A program made the position numbers and the translations under genes. The notes beneath the pieces were generated by a model. That model had not been told where the DNA came from, did not search any database, and saw nothing but the letters and a program-made list of their open reading frames with translations. DNA of 58,970 nt from Asterionella formosa. Taxonomy: Eukaryota. Each line of letters starts with the position of its first letter. Position 1 is the first letter of the stretch. Location of the stretch: positions 1 through 58,970 of the forward strand of contig NKIB01013358.1 in NCBI GenBank assembly GCA_002256025.1, written 5' to 3'. Positions 1-10,339 of this stretch are shown here, in pieces.

Positions 1-277
1 TTCAGAGAATGTTTACTTGGAAGTTGAAATTGAGGAGGAAGGGGCATTTCCATTGCATTTTCAGGGAGAAAGCCGGTGCGATCTTGAAAATCTGAATATT
101 GCATGGTTTCTGAATTCAACCCTTGGACAGTTTTTAGTCTCAATTGTTCATCCTGTTGTGACTGAATATTGTTATAAACTGAATCGTCGCTGTCGTCATG
201 AAGTGGATGATTGTGGTCACTTGATTCAAGGATAGGACACATAATCTTCTCTTGTCTAATGTAATTAGAAATTCGTT

Positions 278-350
278 TGCTGCATAAGTTTAAGCAAGAT
301 TCACGTGTGCTGCTTAAGTTTAAGCAAGATGTCAGTTTCCTGCTTAAGTT
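278..350. repeat. short degenerate tandem repeat (~30 bp period)
   Basis: tgctgc(a/t)taagtttaagcaagat occurs twice, followed by a partial third copy (tgcttaagtt). Confidence 0.6.
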
Positions 351-1066
351 AAAAGTTTCCTTGGTGGGAAGGCTGGTGTGGATGGTGCATTTTACCCTGC
401 CAGCCCATCCCAAAGGACGTTAATGTATAACGCCTTTAGTTTTTGTGGCGAATTTTGAAACTTGTGTCAAAAATTCAGTTCAATGTGTATAAGCACGTTT
501 TCCGTATGTCCCAGGTACTCACTCCGGTACTGGTACTCGAGTACCTGGTACCCTGGTACCAGGTACTGTTCATACCGGTACAGGCATTGCTAAACATAAT
601 GTGTGCTACATAGGACAGACCTTGTGATGAACCCGAATCCACTGATTCATTTCGTATCGGGCGAATGATTTGATTCGTAGATTGACGGACAAAGTACATA
701 CCAGTGTACCAGTATGTATGATGTACCCGGTGGTGTCCTGAAAATCAGAGACAACCACACACAGCCGTCCTCAACCAAAAAGTATGGTGGCAGCTTTATT
801 TGGTAGAAGCACATACTGGTACCCTGGCACCTGGTAGTCCCTACGGGAACTAGGTCCCCCGTTTTACATGGTGATTTACTCGTCAATAAAACAATGGACT
901 TCAGCTATAATCATCAGCCCATCTATTCTTGTTCCTCCTCTTCTCAACTGTTTCACACAGCGTGTTCTGATATTTTCCAGGAAACAACGAGAGGATAACT
1001 AAACTAGTTGCTGTGGTTATTTGTGAAAGACAAAGGGAGTCATCCATCCACATTTCGAATCACCAA

Positions 1067-2089
1067 ATGGCCAAAAAAACAGCAAGTGCTTCCTTGAAGG
1101 GCAAAAAGCCTGTCAACACGGCCAAAGTTCAACGACCAGTGACCCGCAATCCCGGTCATATCAACAACAAGCTTAAGAGAAGCGAGGTATACGGGAAGTA
1201 CCTTCAAGAAAAGGCACTACTCAAGAAAGAGGTGAAACTCCGAAAGCTGAAAGAGGCAGAGGCACTGGGAGAAGAAGCACCAGAAAAACTGAAACCCAAA
1301 ACTCTCGATAATACAAGAGAACTCGAGCCGACATTGGTCATTGACGATCCCGAAGTCTTGGCGGATGAAGGAGAAGACGAATTCGCTTCATACTTCAGCG
1401 ACAAAATCAGACCAAAAATCTTGATCACTACCCGGCCCAGACCTTCCCAACAACTTTTTTTCTTCATCGCTGACCTCCAAAATCTAATTCCCAACTTGCA
1501 TTTCTATCCTCGTCAATCTTATTCCCTTAAGGAAATTTGTAATTTTGCAGCCAATCGGGAATTTACCCATTTGATGGTTTTGTCAGAAAAGGCCAAGAAA
1601 TGCAACGGACTTACTGTCTCTCACCTCCAGCAACATGAAGGCCATGTCTCGGCTGGTCCCACGGCTTTTTTCAAGCTTTCCAATGTCATCACGGCAAAAA
1701 ATCTCCCCAAACATGGCCGTGCAACCTCTCATACACCAGAACTCAATCTTCACGGCTTTGGCACAAGACTCGGTCATCGAATCGGTCGCTTTTTGGGTTC
1801 CCTTTTTCCACATTGTCCCCAACACGAAGGCCGCCAAGTTGTAACCTTCCATAATCAACGTGACTATTTGTTTGTTAGGCATCATCGCTATGTTTTCTTT
1901 GAAGGCAAACAAGAAGATAAGGAAACAAAATTGTTAAAGACACGAGCACGACTGCAAGAGTTGGGTCCGAGATTCACTTTGAAACTTCGTTGGTTGCAGG
2001 AAGGGACATTCGACACTCATTTTGGAGAATACGAGTGGCACCACAAGCGAAAGGAAATGGATACCACGAGGAGAAAGTTCCATTTGTAA
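1067..2089 (+). CDS. RPF1: ribosome production factor 1 (Brix-domain protein)
   Basis: Intronless ORF from ATG 1067. Motifs PKILITT, PELNLHGFGTRLGHRIGR, RQVVTFHNQRDYLFVRHHRY, LQELGPRFTLKLRWLQEGTFD and C-terminal RRKFHL are typical of Rpf1. Confidence 0.95.
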   Translation: MAKKTASASLKGKKPVNTAKVQRPVTRNPGHINNKLKRSEVYGKYLQEKALLKKEVKLRKLKEAEALGEEAPEKLKPKTLDNTRELEPTLVIDDPEVLADEGEDEFASYFSDKIRPKILITTRPRPSQQLFFFIADLQNLIPNLHFYPRQSYSLKEICNFAANREFTHLMVLSEKAKKCNGLTVSHLQQHEGHVSAGPTAFFKLSNVITAKNLPKHGRATSHTPELNLHGFGTRLGHRIGRFLGSLFPHCPQHEGRQVVTFHNQRDYLFVRHHRYVFFEGKQEDKETKLLKTRARLQELGPRFTLKLRWLQEGTFDTHFGEYEWHHKRKEMDTTRRKFHL

Positions 2090-2256
2090 TACATTGGTCT
2101 CTACAGAGTTTGAATTTAATGCTCTGATACATATTGATATAATCGCATGACGAGTCATATAGGAACCTTCGTTGTGTCAAATACTTGTATTTTGTAAGTG
2201 TGCCTTTGTTACCTTTTATGTAGTGGCTCCGATGTAGAATCATTACTCGCAATACG

Positions 2257-3048
2257 TCAACCTAAATGATGCACTATTCCACTCAGACAAAGCAGCTCCA
2301 AGTGCCTTGCTGATCTCTCTATTTTTGAAGTCATCTTCCGTTCATGCCACTCTTTTCGTACCGTGTCCGCGAAGTCAGTCTCCCATGTCACATCGGAAAG
2401 TGGAACTAGTTTGGCCTTGGCATTATCGGCACCCAATATCCGTTGCAAGACGGCAATAGTAGATACTTCTTCTACGCCACTGACACCTGGACTGCCATCC
2501 CTTCCAGCATGCACACCATCCGCCACGAGAGGAAAGCCGGTTAAGGACAGCAATGGAACATTCCAAACACACAGAGTATTCCAGGGAGCTGTTCTACCAT
2601 TTAGGGGTTGAATTGTGTGAGGAAAATAATCGTGACCTGGCAATACTCCTCCAGCAACAAGTGTTGTCTCGTCGAGGTGAGCTAGAAGTTTTCCAACACT
2701 GGCTGGGCTCACAAACGTTTCGGCTGACACAATTAAACAGAAGTCCGATCCGCTAGCTTCTGATATAATGGCATTCAACGCTGGAACAAAATTATTCCAG
2801 GGTGTGACAGGGATGACTGTGATATTAGTGCATTCCGTTAGGGATCTCAGCACCTCGATTAGATCGTACCCATCAAATTTCGGGGAAGCATCTGCTGCGA
2901 TTAGCGTTTGAGTAGCATTGATCGATTCGCCAAACGACGAAAACGAATCAATAGTGGTCCGCAGATATTCGGAAGAAGGTGCCATCGCTGCATTTCCAAG
3001 ATGGATGCGAGTGGCCACTACGAGGTTCTTTGTTGTTGACGATGCCAT
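2257..3048 (-). CDS. hypothetical protein, possibly nucleotide-diphospho-sugar transferase (GT-A)-like fold
   Basis: 263-aa ORF from the likely ATG at 3048 (MASSTTKNLVVATRIHLG). Globular alpha/beta composition; FVPALNAII and PWNTLCVWN segments recall GT-A-like proteins. Function is not supported beyond that. Confidence 0.7.
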   Translation of the reverse strand: MASSTTKNLVVATRIHLGNAAMAPSSEYLRTTIDSFSSFGESINATQTLIAADASPKFDGYDLIEVLRSLTECTNITVIPVTPWNNFVPALNAIISEASGSDFCLIVSAETFVSPASVGKLLAHLDETTLVAGGVLPGHDYFPHTIQPLNGRTAPWNTLCVWNVPLLSLTGFPLVADGVHAGRDGSPGVSGVEEVSTIAVLQRILGADNAKAKLVPLSDVTWETDFADTVRKEWHERKMTSKIERSARHLELLCLSGIVHHLG

Positions 3049-4153
3049 GACGGATAAAATGTCGATAGTAAAAAAAATATTTATATGCATATATGCAAAA
3101 TGATTATTGAAGTGTACAGCCATGTCAGCTACCGGTATGCATCATTCAAAGAACATTTCTTGTTTCCATTTTCTTGCTTCTGCTATGATGGGGAATCAAT
3201 CATCTAATATTTTTGTTTTGTCGGCATAGTAATTAATTAACTCCCGGTAGGTTGGAAGTATGATACGGCTATTCTACATGGTCGTAGTGTAGTCTGCCTT
3301 TAGAGTATATATATCGAGAATTTATATATATATTCATTCCATAATATCAGTACATAGTAAAAACTAAATATTAAAAAAAGACAAACGAGCACGACAAAGT
3401 AACACGGCACAAAACATGGCATTCTTACCACCGGTAAATGCATTGTTGATAGAGTGATGATAGGGTGCTATCACTACATATGCATATGCAAGAGTTCGAG
3501 TGGAAAGTTCTGGTACCAGGTACCGTAGACAGTTGTCAAAGTGAGCTCATCTACTACCGGTATGCCTGTAGTTGTGACTCACAGTCGATTGAGTCGACTA
3601 TTGATGTACCAAGGCAGCTATCAAGAACCATACAATATTATTCTGCCATAATGAGCCGGACAATATAGACTAATTGGAAGACCAATAGTTTGAATCCAAT
3701 GATCATTGGTTATTAACCTATGATCAATGAGTGTGAGATAGACATGGGTCTATCTATGAATGAATGTTTCAACAAAATGGAAACAGCATTTGGAGAAATA
3801 GTTCCTTTGATTATTCAAACTGAACAAATCAAACTAATTAGGTAACTCACAATAATAATATAGAAACAAAAGAGAAATGGACATCTCTATCTATAGCATT
3901 TTTTGTCTAATGATAGATCTATTAAGTAAAAGGTGATATTTTAACAGACCCTCAGCTAGCTTGCGGCATGGTAAGCGTGAAACAAGCAACTGTCAGCATA
4001 GGCACAACTGAGTACGGTGAGTGCCCGCAGAAGGGCAACTTGGAAGGTATTGAATCAGTGAATAACACACACGCACAGCCTCCCATCCTATGCCACGTTA
4101 TTCATCTCACCATAACTGTAAACAGATGTAGAATATAGCTATTAGCAATTTTC

Positions 4154-4774
4154 TCAGCTGTTCTTCCTGGTCACTCCCTGTGCCTTTTGTAGCAGATAAT
4201 AGTCGAACGCTCGCTTCCACAACTCTTCACCTACAGTAGCTCTCAAATGCCTCATGGTGCTGGATGCCAAGTTTTCATACCCCGGTTCCTTAGCTTTGTG
4301 CTTTTCAGTGCAAACGTAAATGACGCCTCGACAAGTCTCATAGAGTGATTTGTGAGCCAACTGTCGAAGATAATTCATCAAGATCGGAGCAAATAATAAA
4401 AATATCTTGTCTTGCTTCGATGGTTTCACCAACGCAATATCGTCCATTACGTCAGATAGCTGTTGCTTCACGTGCAACAGAGCCATTTCAAAACCTTCCT
4501 TTTGTCGAATCTCGGTTGCTTTCTCGATGACCTTTAAAGCTTGTTTGTGGCGAAGCTTATCGTTTCGTTCCAGTGAATGAAGCACATGGCAGACAGAAAC
4601 AAATAGTCGTTGATGATCGACCAACAGTCGTGACCGTTCTAGTAAGTGTGGTGATATGGGCCAAGGCAAAATCCGATCGGGATTTTTACCTGTAACTGTT
4701 GACGCAATGTTGCTGATAACGTTTGCCGTTGGTGCTGTTGACTTCATTGCCTTCTTTGTAGGAGTTATGCACAT
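4154..4774 (-). CDS. hypothetical protein with one clear and one degenerate copy of a helical domain shared with the TAF4-like gene at 30908-33679
   Basis: ORF from ATG 4774. C-terminal FLLFAPILMNYLRQ...KAKEPGYENLASSTMRHLRATVGEELWKRAFDY aligns by eye with FLMFTRVLMKYLEQ...KAKEAGYESVTASMQARLRSTVGEPYWKRAETY. Confidence 0.75.
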   Translation of the reverse strand: MCITPTKKAMKSTAPTANVISNIASTVTGKNPDRILPWPISPHLLERSRLLVDHQRLFVSVCHVLHSLERNDKLRHKQALKVIEKATEIRQKEGFEMALLHVKQQLSDVMDDIALVKPSKQDKIFLLFAPILMNYLRQLAHKSLYETCRGVIYVCTEKHKAKEPGYENLASSTMRHLRATVGEELWKRAFDYYLLQKAQGVTRKNS

Positions 4775-4924
4775 AGTGTATCGACTTGCAATCGTGATGG
4801 CTTTTTCGATTGACAACAAGTACTACCGGTAAATGGGTCTCTGCAGTTGACTAACGTATACGTGGAAGAATATATGATTCATCAATCGGGTCGAATCAGA
4901 TTCGTTTGAACAGAAGATTCTTCG

Positions 4925-5280
4925 AAAGTACCGGGTGGCACCCCTGGTACTGTATGCATATGCAGTGCAGAACAATTGCATTTGAAGCAAGTTACTGGTA
5001 CCTGGTACGGTAAAAATGCCTTGGTGTACACAAAGCACCTGCTCCTGGTAAGCCGATGTTATACTGTACCAGTACCTGCTACATGGTACCGGTGCCCCCT
5101 GGTACCAGGACCATACTGTGAATGACGGTACCCTGGTACCAGGTACCTGGTACGGTACCTGGTAACACATGTAACGGTGCCGTAGTTCCTCTCCGGAGCA
5201 GCTGCTCCAGAGGTGGTACCGGGTACCACCTGGTACCAGGTATACATACACCTGCTGGTTCCACCCTACCGGTACCCCCC
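4925..5280. repeat. low-complexity field of palindromic TACCAGGTA/TACCTGGTA/TACCGGTA motifs
   Basis: Many overlapping GGTACC, CCWGG and ACCGGT words, e.g. ccctggtaccaggtacctggtacggtacctggta. Similar fields recur across the window. Confidence 0.85.
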
Positions 5281-5584
5281 TGAACTACTAAATATTATAC
5301 ATGCATAGGACATGTACTGTATTTAGTACGTACGACAGGAGCGCGCCATACAGTTTTTCTCCTTTCCTTTCGTGTCTGGCTCTGCCTGACTCGAATTTCG
5401 TCTCTTCGTAAACATGCATTGAATATACCGGCAGTCCATATTTTCCTCATGGTCAACTAGTAAGTATGTTCCGTAACAGGGACGGAGTGCATGAAATCCT
5501 CCGTGGTCCGAGAGAGGCTAAATCATAGACTACCAGGTACCGGAATGAACTACCGGTACCAGGATTGATTCGCCTTGGCAATCT

Positions 5585-8161
5585 CTAAATCTGCCCAACC
5601 ACAAGCACCAAGGATGTCAATAGTGTCTCTCCTTGTCGCTCTAGGGGGCCACCAGCAAGTCCAGTCTTGATATCTCGACATTGACAAGAAATGCTCTCTG
5701 CGGATTGACGAAGTGTCTCGGCCAGTCGAGTATCGCGCACTAAGGATAGTAGTGCCTCCATCGTGGAGGATTCCATGGCCAAGATATCTTGCTTCGCTTG
5801 AAAAAAAACTGTGTGGAGAATTAACGGCTCCTTGATAAACAACGATACAAGGGGTTTCATCAAGTAAGGAAATGCATCATGGAGTACACCACTACTGCTA
5901 TTTCCTGCAGTCGGGTACAAGAGAAACAGTTTAGTCACCGCATTGGTCATCGCTGCTTGCCAGTCAGGTATAATGCTCACAAGGCAAGATGACAAGGCGC
6001 TCAAGTCCAATGAAAAGTAAGTAAGAGTGTTCACTGCTGCACGAAAATAGACAAGACGAAGACCGAGATCCAATTCTGAATCGGCACTGAACTGCTCGAG
6101 CCACGACAGTATCACTGGCCAAACCAACGGAAGAACTTTGCTACTTCCACATCGAACGAAAGCTCGCGACGCTCGAAGGACTGCTGGATCATGTTCCAAT
6201 AGGCTCTTGACGTCGAAAGTTGGCGGGTTACTGGCGTTCGAAATCTTTTGCTTCCTTGGCTTTGGGAGACCCATACTGGTCACGATAAAGTTAAAGTAAA
6301 TCTGCATCGATACAGACCGTCTCACCATGTGCATGACATCTAGTGTATAGTCTGCAATGGCAGGCTCAATACGAGTGCAAGTGTAGCTCAAGCCGATCAA
6401 GGTCGCCTCTTTCGGACCTTGCATCAGAACCAGCAAGGATATGGCCTTTCGTTGCAGGGTATCGGGATAAGCCTCCAAAATGGCGATTGTCTTCTTGTTA
6501 CTGGTAAAGATAGGAATAAGATTTTCTCTGAGAGACTCCACCAACCCCTTCCGTTTCACGTCATTCACGTCAAGTCGTCGCACCACTTCGTGCAGAGTCG
6601 AAATAGCACAGCTACTTTCGTCTAAAAAGTCTCCCTTCCAAGCGCCAAGGTAGAGAGGTAGTTTCGAGAGCATCTCTGAAAGTTCTTCCATTGCATCTAT
6701 TTCAAAATTCCATTGGGCCAAAGTGTAATGAACCATTCGAGCTGCTCGTCGTCCGGCCATGGACCTTGCCAGGTCTGAAGAAACGTCGTCAAAGAATGAT
6801 GTCTTCAATCGCTCCAAAATCAAGGTTCGACTGGAAAGACTTAGTTTCGTGACCAAAAACTTGCTCAAAACTTTCACGACCGTCGCAGTCGGCGGGGACG
6901 TGAGCAAGTATTCCACAATCTTTTCTTCTTCATTTGAGGAAAGCTTCATAACCAGCTCACAAATATCTCCGTTCAAGGTTTCGTAGCGACTAGCGTGTTC
7001 TTTGGATGCAGCGTGAAAGGGAAATGCAGGCAGAATAATTTTGAGTAATTGGATATAGATTGAATCCTTGACGTTCACCAAAAATCCATGTAAGTGTCCC
7101 ACGATGCCAATCAGTATAAACACTTCCTCAACCTCCTGAGCCGGCAAATCTGTACCCCCAGAATCAACTTCAGTCCCTCGCTGAATGACTTCGATGAAAA
7201 TGTCTCGCAATTTGCTGAGCAAATCGGTCTCCATTGTTTCAACGGAAATGGAGTTTTCAGGTCTGCTATAGTCGGTAATCGTCCTCAGACTCAACATGTT
7301 GCTAATTGGTGCAATCGAATGCCGGTGTTCAGGAGCGGTCAGCAACACCACAGCGTGCTCGGCGACGTTCAGCACCTTTTCTAATTGAGCGGTCTCCTTG
7401 TTCTCGTGCTTCATTGCTTTACATAAAGAAAGCAATGATGCCAGAACTTGAAATCGCTTCCCTTCCCTGGATTCCTTAGATTTTTTCTTTCCGTGTTGAT
7501 GAGCACTTAGTTCATCACCCCTCATATCCGTCTTTCGAGGACCAAAATCACTCAACAGAGTGATGTAGGATGGAAGTATCTTGAGTATCATGTCCCGCTC
7601 CATCATGTCACCGACAACCCCACTGACGATCTCCACACCTTGACTCGAGTCGAATCGAATATCTCTATCCAAAGAATACAGTCCAGAGGAAATAAACGCT
7701 GTCAACAGAGGTAGAAAAGGTCTCATGGTAGCCTTGCACTTGGTCAAAACATTTCTCACGCACGACCATCCCAATTGTCTGACGATATCGCCTTCGTCCA
7801 ACGTACACTTGAGGACAGGAGGAAGCAGTATCGACAGGTGCGCCTCAAGGATTTCTGTGGCATGATTCTGACAAGTGGCCAAGTCCAACAGACCCTTACA
7901 GGCAGATATTCTAACAGGTATTGCTGGATGAGATAGTTGATGCGTTAACTCTGCAATAGACTTGCCCTTGCCTGAGGTGATTCCAGATGCTTGATGATGG
8001 CCAACAACAACGCTTTGGCTCCTCACTCCAACCGTGACGGACTTGAATTTCACGTTCGTTTCATTTGCTGGGGTCAGAGCGCGCTTTCCGACCTTGGCCT
8101 TGCGGCGTTTGAAATCAGAAGGAATATGGGTTTGTTTCCGTTTGGGGGCAGCTGTTGCCAT
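5585..8161 (-). CDS. TEX10: pre-rRNA-processing protein Ipi1/TEX10 (Rix1 complex), ARM/HEAT-like
   Basis: 858-aa intronless ORF. N-terminus DFKRRKAKVGK...NETNVKFKS...I.ELTHQLSH...R and the later LYSLDRDIRFDS segment match the Ipi1_N/TEX10 pattern. Confidence 0.88.
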   Translation of the reverse strand: MATAAPKRKQTHIPSDFKRRKAKVGKRALTPANETNVKFKSVTVGVRSQSVVVGHHQASGITSGKGKSIAELTHQLSHPAIPVRISACKGLLDLATCQNHATEILEAHLSILLPPVLKCTLDEGDIVRQLGWSCVRNVLTKCKATMRPFLPLLTAFISSGLYSLDRDIRFDSSQGVEIVSGVVGDMMERDMILKILPSYITLLSDFGPRKTDMRGDELSAHQHGKKKSKESREGKRFQVLASLLSLCKAMKHENKETAQLEKVLNVAEHAVVLLTAPEHRHSIAPISNMLSLRTITDYSRPENSISVETMETDLLSKLRDIFIEVIQRGTEVDSGGTDLPAQEVEEVFILIGIVGHLHGFLVNVKDSIYIQLLKIILPAFPFHAASKEHASRYETLNGDICELVMKLSSNEEEKIVEYLLTSPPTATVVKVLSKFLVTKLSLSSRTLILERLKTSFFDDVSSDLARSMAGRRAARMVHYTLAQWNFEIDAMEELSEMLSKLPLYLGAWKGDFLDESSCAISTLHEVVRRLDVNDVKRKGLVESLRENLIPIFTSNKKTIAILEAYPDTLQRKAISLLVLMQGPKEATLIGLSYTCTRIEPAIADYTLDVMHMVRRSVSMQIYFNFIVTSMGLPKPRKQKISNASNPPTFDVKSLLEHDPAVLRASRAFVRCGSSKVLPLVWPVILSWLEQFSADSELDLGLRLVYFRAAVNTLTYFSLDLSALSSCLVSIIPDWQAAMTNAVTKLFLLYPTAGNSSSGVLHDAFPYLMKPLVSLFIKEPLILHTVFFQAKQDILAMESSTMEALLSLVRDTRLAETLRQSAESISCQCRDIKTGLAGGPLERQGETLLTSLVLVVGQI

Positions 8162-8840
8162 TCTTGTTCAGTAATTGAAGCAGTGCTGGAAATGGTGAGA
8201 CGAGGTGATGGGTGTTGGGAGCCCGTCTACCTAGCTTGATGGCTATACATAGTAAAAGCGAGGAATTTAATTAAATCAAACTGTCTGTCCACCATCGATG
8301 TATTGATTGGCTGTTGTCACGAGAAATATACGGGTACATAGTAACTGAACGTGGCTACAAAGTGCGACAATGTGAGGTTTAAGACGGTTCTTACTTAAGA
8401 AAAACCAACAAAAACTTACACAGCAGTCAAGTACCAGTACCTGTTACCGCGGGACATTTCGGTGCCATGAAACAAAAGCAAAACAAATATGTACCGTGTG
8501 GTACAGTATTAGTAAGAATGGGTTATCTTGTACCGTTAGACTATAAGCAATCGATGACATACCGGTATAGAATGGAATTTTACATTTTACATTTTACATT
8601 TTTACATACATACCGGGTAATCAATTATCAATTTAGTCCGAGTGCAAGTACCGGTACTGGTAGTATACATACATATACATAAGAATATCTCCGTAGCATT
8701 ATGCTGTATTTTCTTAGTAATACCGGTATTTCTGTTTGTAGAGTGACTGCCGAATGAAATCTGATCCATACGTACGCTCCGGTATGATATGTTGGATACA
8801 AAACACTATGTACTCGGAGTACCAGGTACAATACAAGTGC

Positions 8841-8915
8841 GTTGCGGTAATTTTGCTGAAACTAAAGATTTAGCTATTTTTATCCAAGATTCAAATGTTG
8901 CAAAATGAGCGCAAC
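8841..8915. mobile_element. ~80-bp MITE-like hairpin element, copy 1
   Basis: gttgcggtaattttgc ... gcaaaatgagcgcaac terminal inverted repeat. Related copies at 45175-45267 and 45576-45668, with a partial end near 58612. Confidence 0.65.
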
Positions 8916-9070
8916 TGCCTTGCTCTGGTACCTGGTACTACACACACAATGCAACAACAAAGATAGAATCGTGAAGCAAGCATCATTTCCTAACCATAAC
9001 AAGACTTTACGAACAACCACAGCCCTCACTCTCCCTATTGGTACCAAACCGTACTACATCACACTCTATC

Positions 9071-10339
9071 ATGACGACCTATTGTTACGAATACAGCATT
9101 ACAAATGTTGAAGCGATTAACTTGGCGAAATCGAACCATTCCATATCCACAGGGATTGGCTTTTTCGATCATATGCTTGATCAATTCAACTCGCACGCTC
9201 AAATCGGAGTAGCAGTCAATGTGCTTGGACCTGCTGAGGAGGACATCAACCGAAATGCAAACGTTGATCAATCAGAATTGCTAGCTAAAGTAGGGCTGCA
9301 CCTCGGAGCATCCATCAAGGCGTTGTTGGCAGAAACACCTGTTGAGGCGACTTCTCGATTTTGCTGCCCTCTTGACGAGGCCCTCGTTGAATGCATCTTG
9401 GTACGATCTCAAGATGGACGATTGGAATCATTCACATTACCACCTTATGGTATTTACGGAAAGAATGGGAGAACCAAGATTGGACAGCTCCAAACACTTG
9501 CTGTCGAGAGCTTTTTCAAGGCCTTGGCAGAAAATTCGGGCTTGACAATCGCCTTGACCAAGATTCGTGGCAACAATGGTCATCACATTGTGGAATCGTG
9601 CTTCAAGGCCATCAGCCGGGCACTTCGAAACTTGCTGGACGGAACCAATGTGGATGTGACGAAGGGGCCCCACTTTGACCAGCTTTGGGGCGAACACAGT
9701 GATTCTCACAATCAATCATTGGCGCTCCAACGAACAGCGAAAGTCGACCGGTCGACTAAAGAAACATCCATTTTACTAGATATTGCTTTGGATGGAGGAG
9801 CCGGAGGTGTCACGGTCGAAAGTGGAATTATTATTTTGGATCGAATCATCACTGCACTGGCAACCCATGCGGGCATGTCCCTCACTTGCAAGTGCAAGGG
9901 AGACTTGTATGTAGATGAGCACCATTCAACAGAGGATGTTGGTATTGCAATTGGTCAGATATTGTCCAAGGCGTTTGGAACCAAAGCAGGCTTGAATCGC
10001 ATGTGGTGCGCCAGAACGACTGCGGGCGGTGCTACCGTGGAAGTGACAATGGATTTATCAAACCGTCCCTGCTTCACGGAAAATCTGAGCTTGTCCCAGG
10101 AAGAGTATGTTGTGGATGGACAAGTCTTGACAACGGAGATGTTTCATCATTTTTTCGAGTCTCTGACAATGAATGCTCATATGACTGTGCACATCTTGCA
10201 AATACAAGCTGGTGACAGCATGGAGGATCGGGCGATGGCAACAGCTGCAGCCTTCGGCAAGGCACTGAAGTTCTGTGCGGCAGTTGATCCTCGACGAGGA
10301 GGTAAGACGGCAAGCTCCAAAGGGACCTTAAGCGCATAG
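9071..10339 (+). CDS. HIS3: imidazoleglycerol-phosphate dehydratase with two tandem IGPD domains
   Basis: Domain 1 has STGIGFFDHML, PLDEAL and GNNGHHIVESCFKA. Domain 2 has RSTKETSI, GDLYVDEHHSTEDVGIAIG, DLSNRP and C-terminal SSKGTL. Confidence 0.93.
   Translation: MTTYCYEYSITNVEAINLAKSNHSISTGIGFFDHMLDQFNSHAQIGVAVNVLGPAEEDINRNANVDQSELLAKVGLHLGASIKALLAETPVEATSRFCCPLDEALVECILVRSQDGRLESFTLPPYGIYGKNGRTKIGQLQTLAVESFFKALAENSGLTIALTKIRGNNGHHIVESCFKAISRALRNLLDGTNVDVTKGPHFDQLWGEHSDSHNQSLALQRTAKVDRSTKETSILLDIALDGGAGGVTVESGIIILDRIITALATHAGMSLTCKCKGDLYVDEHHSTEDVGIAIGQILSKAFGTKAGLNRMWCARTTAGGATVEVTMDLSNRPCFTENLSLSQEEYVVDGQVLTTEMFHHFFESLTMNAHMTVHILQIQAGDSMEDRAMATAAAFGKALKFCAAVDPRRGGKTASSKGTLSA

Noticed and set aside
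4823..5264. ORFs rich in VPGT/YQVP/WYQ (also 34690, 48270, 52365)
   Set aside because: Translation artefacts of the GGTACC motif fields, which lack stop codons in several frames.
1067..8161. Functional cluster of 60S biogenesis genes (RPF1 + TEX10), and of coat genes (23352-38378)
   Set aside because: Only two genes each, separated by unrelated ORFs; proximity is compatible with chance without synteny data.
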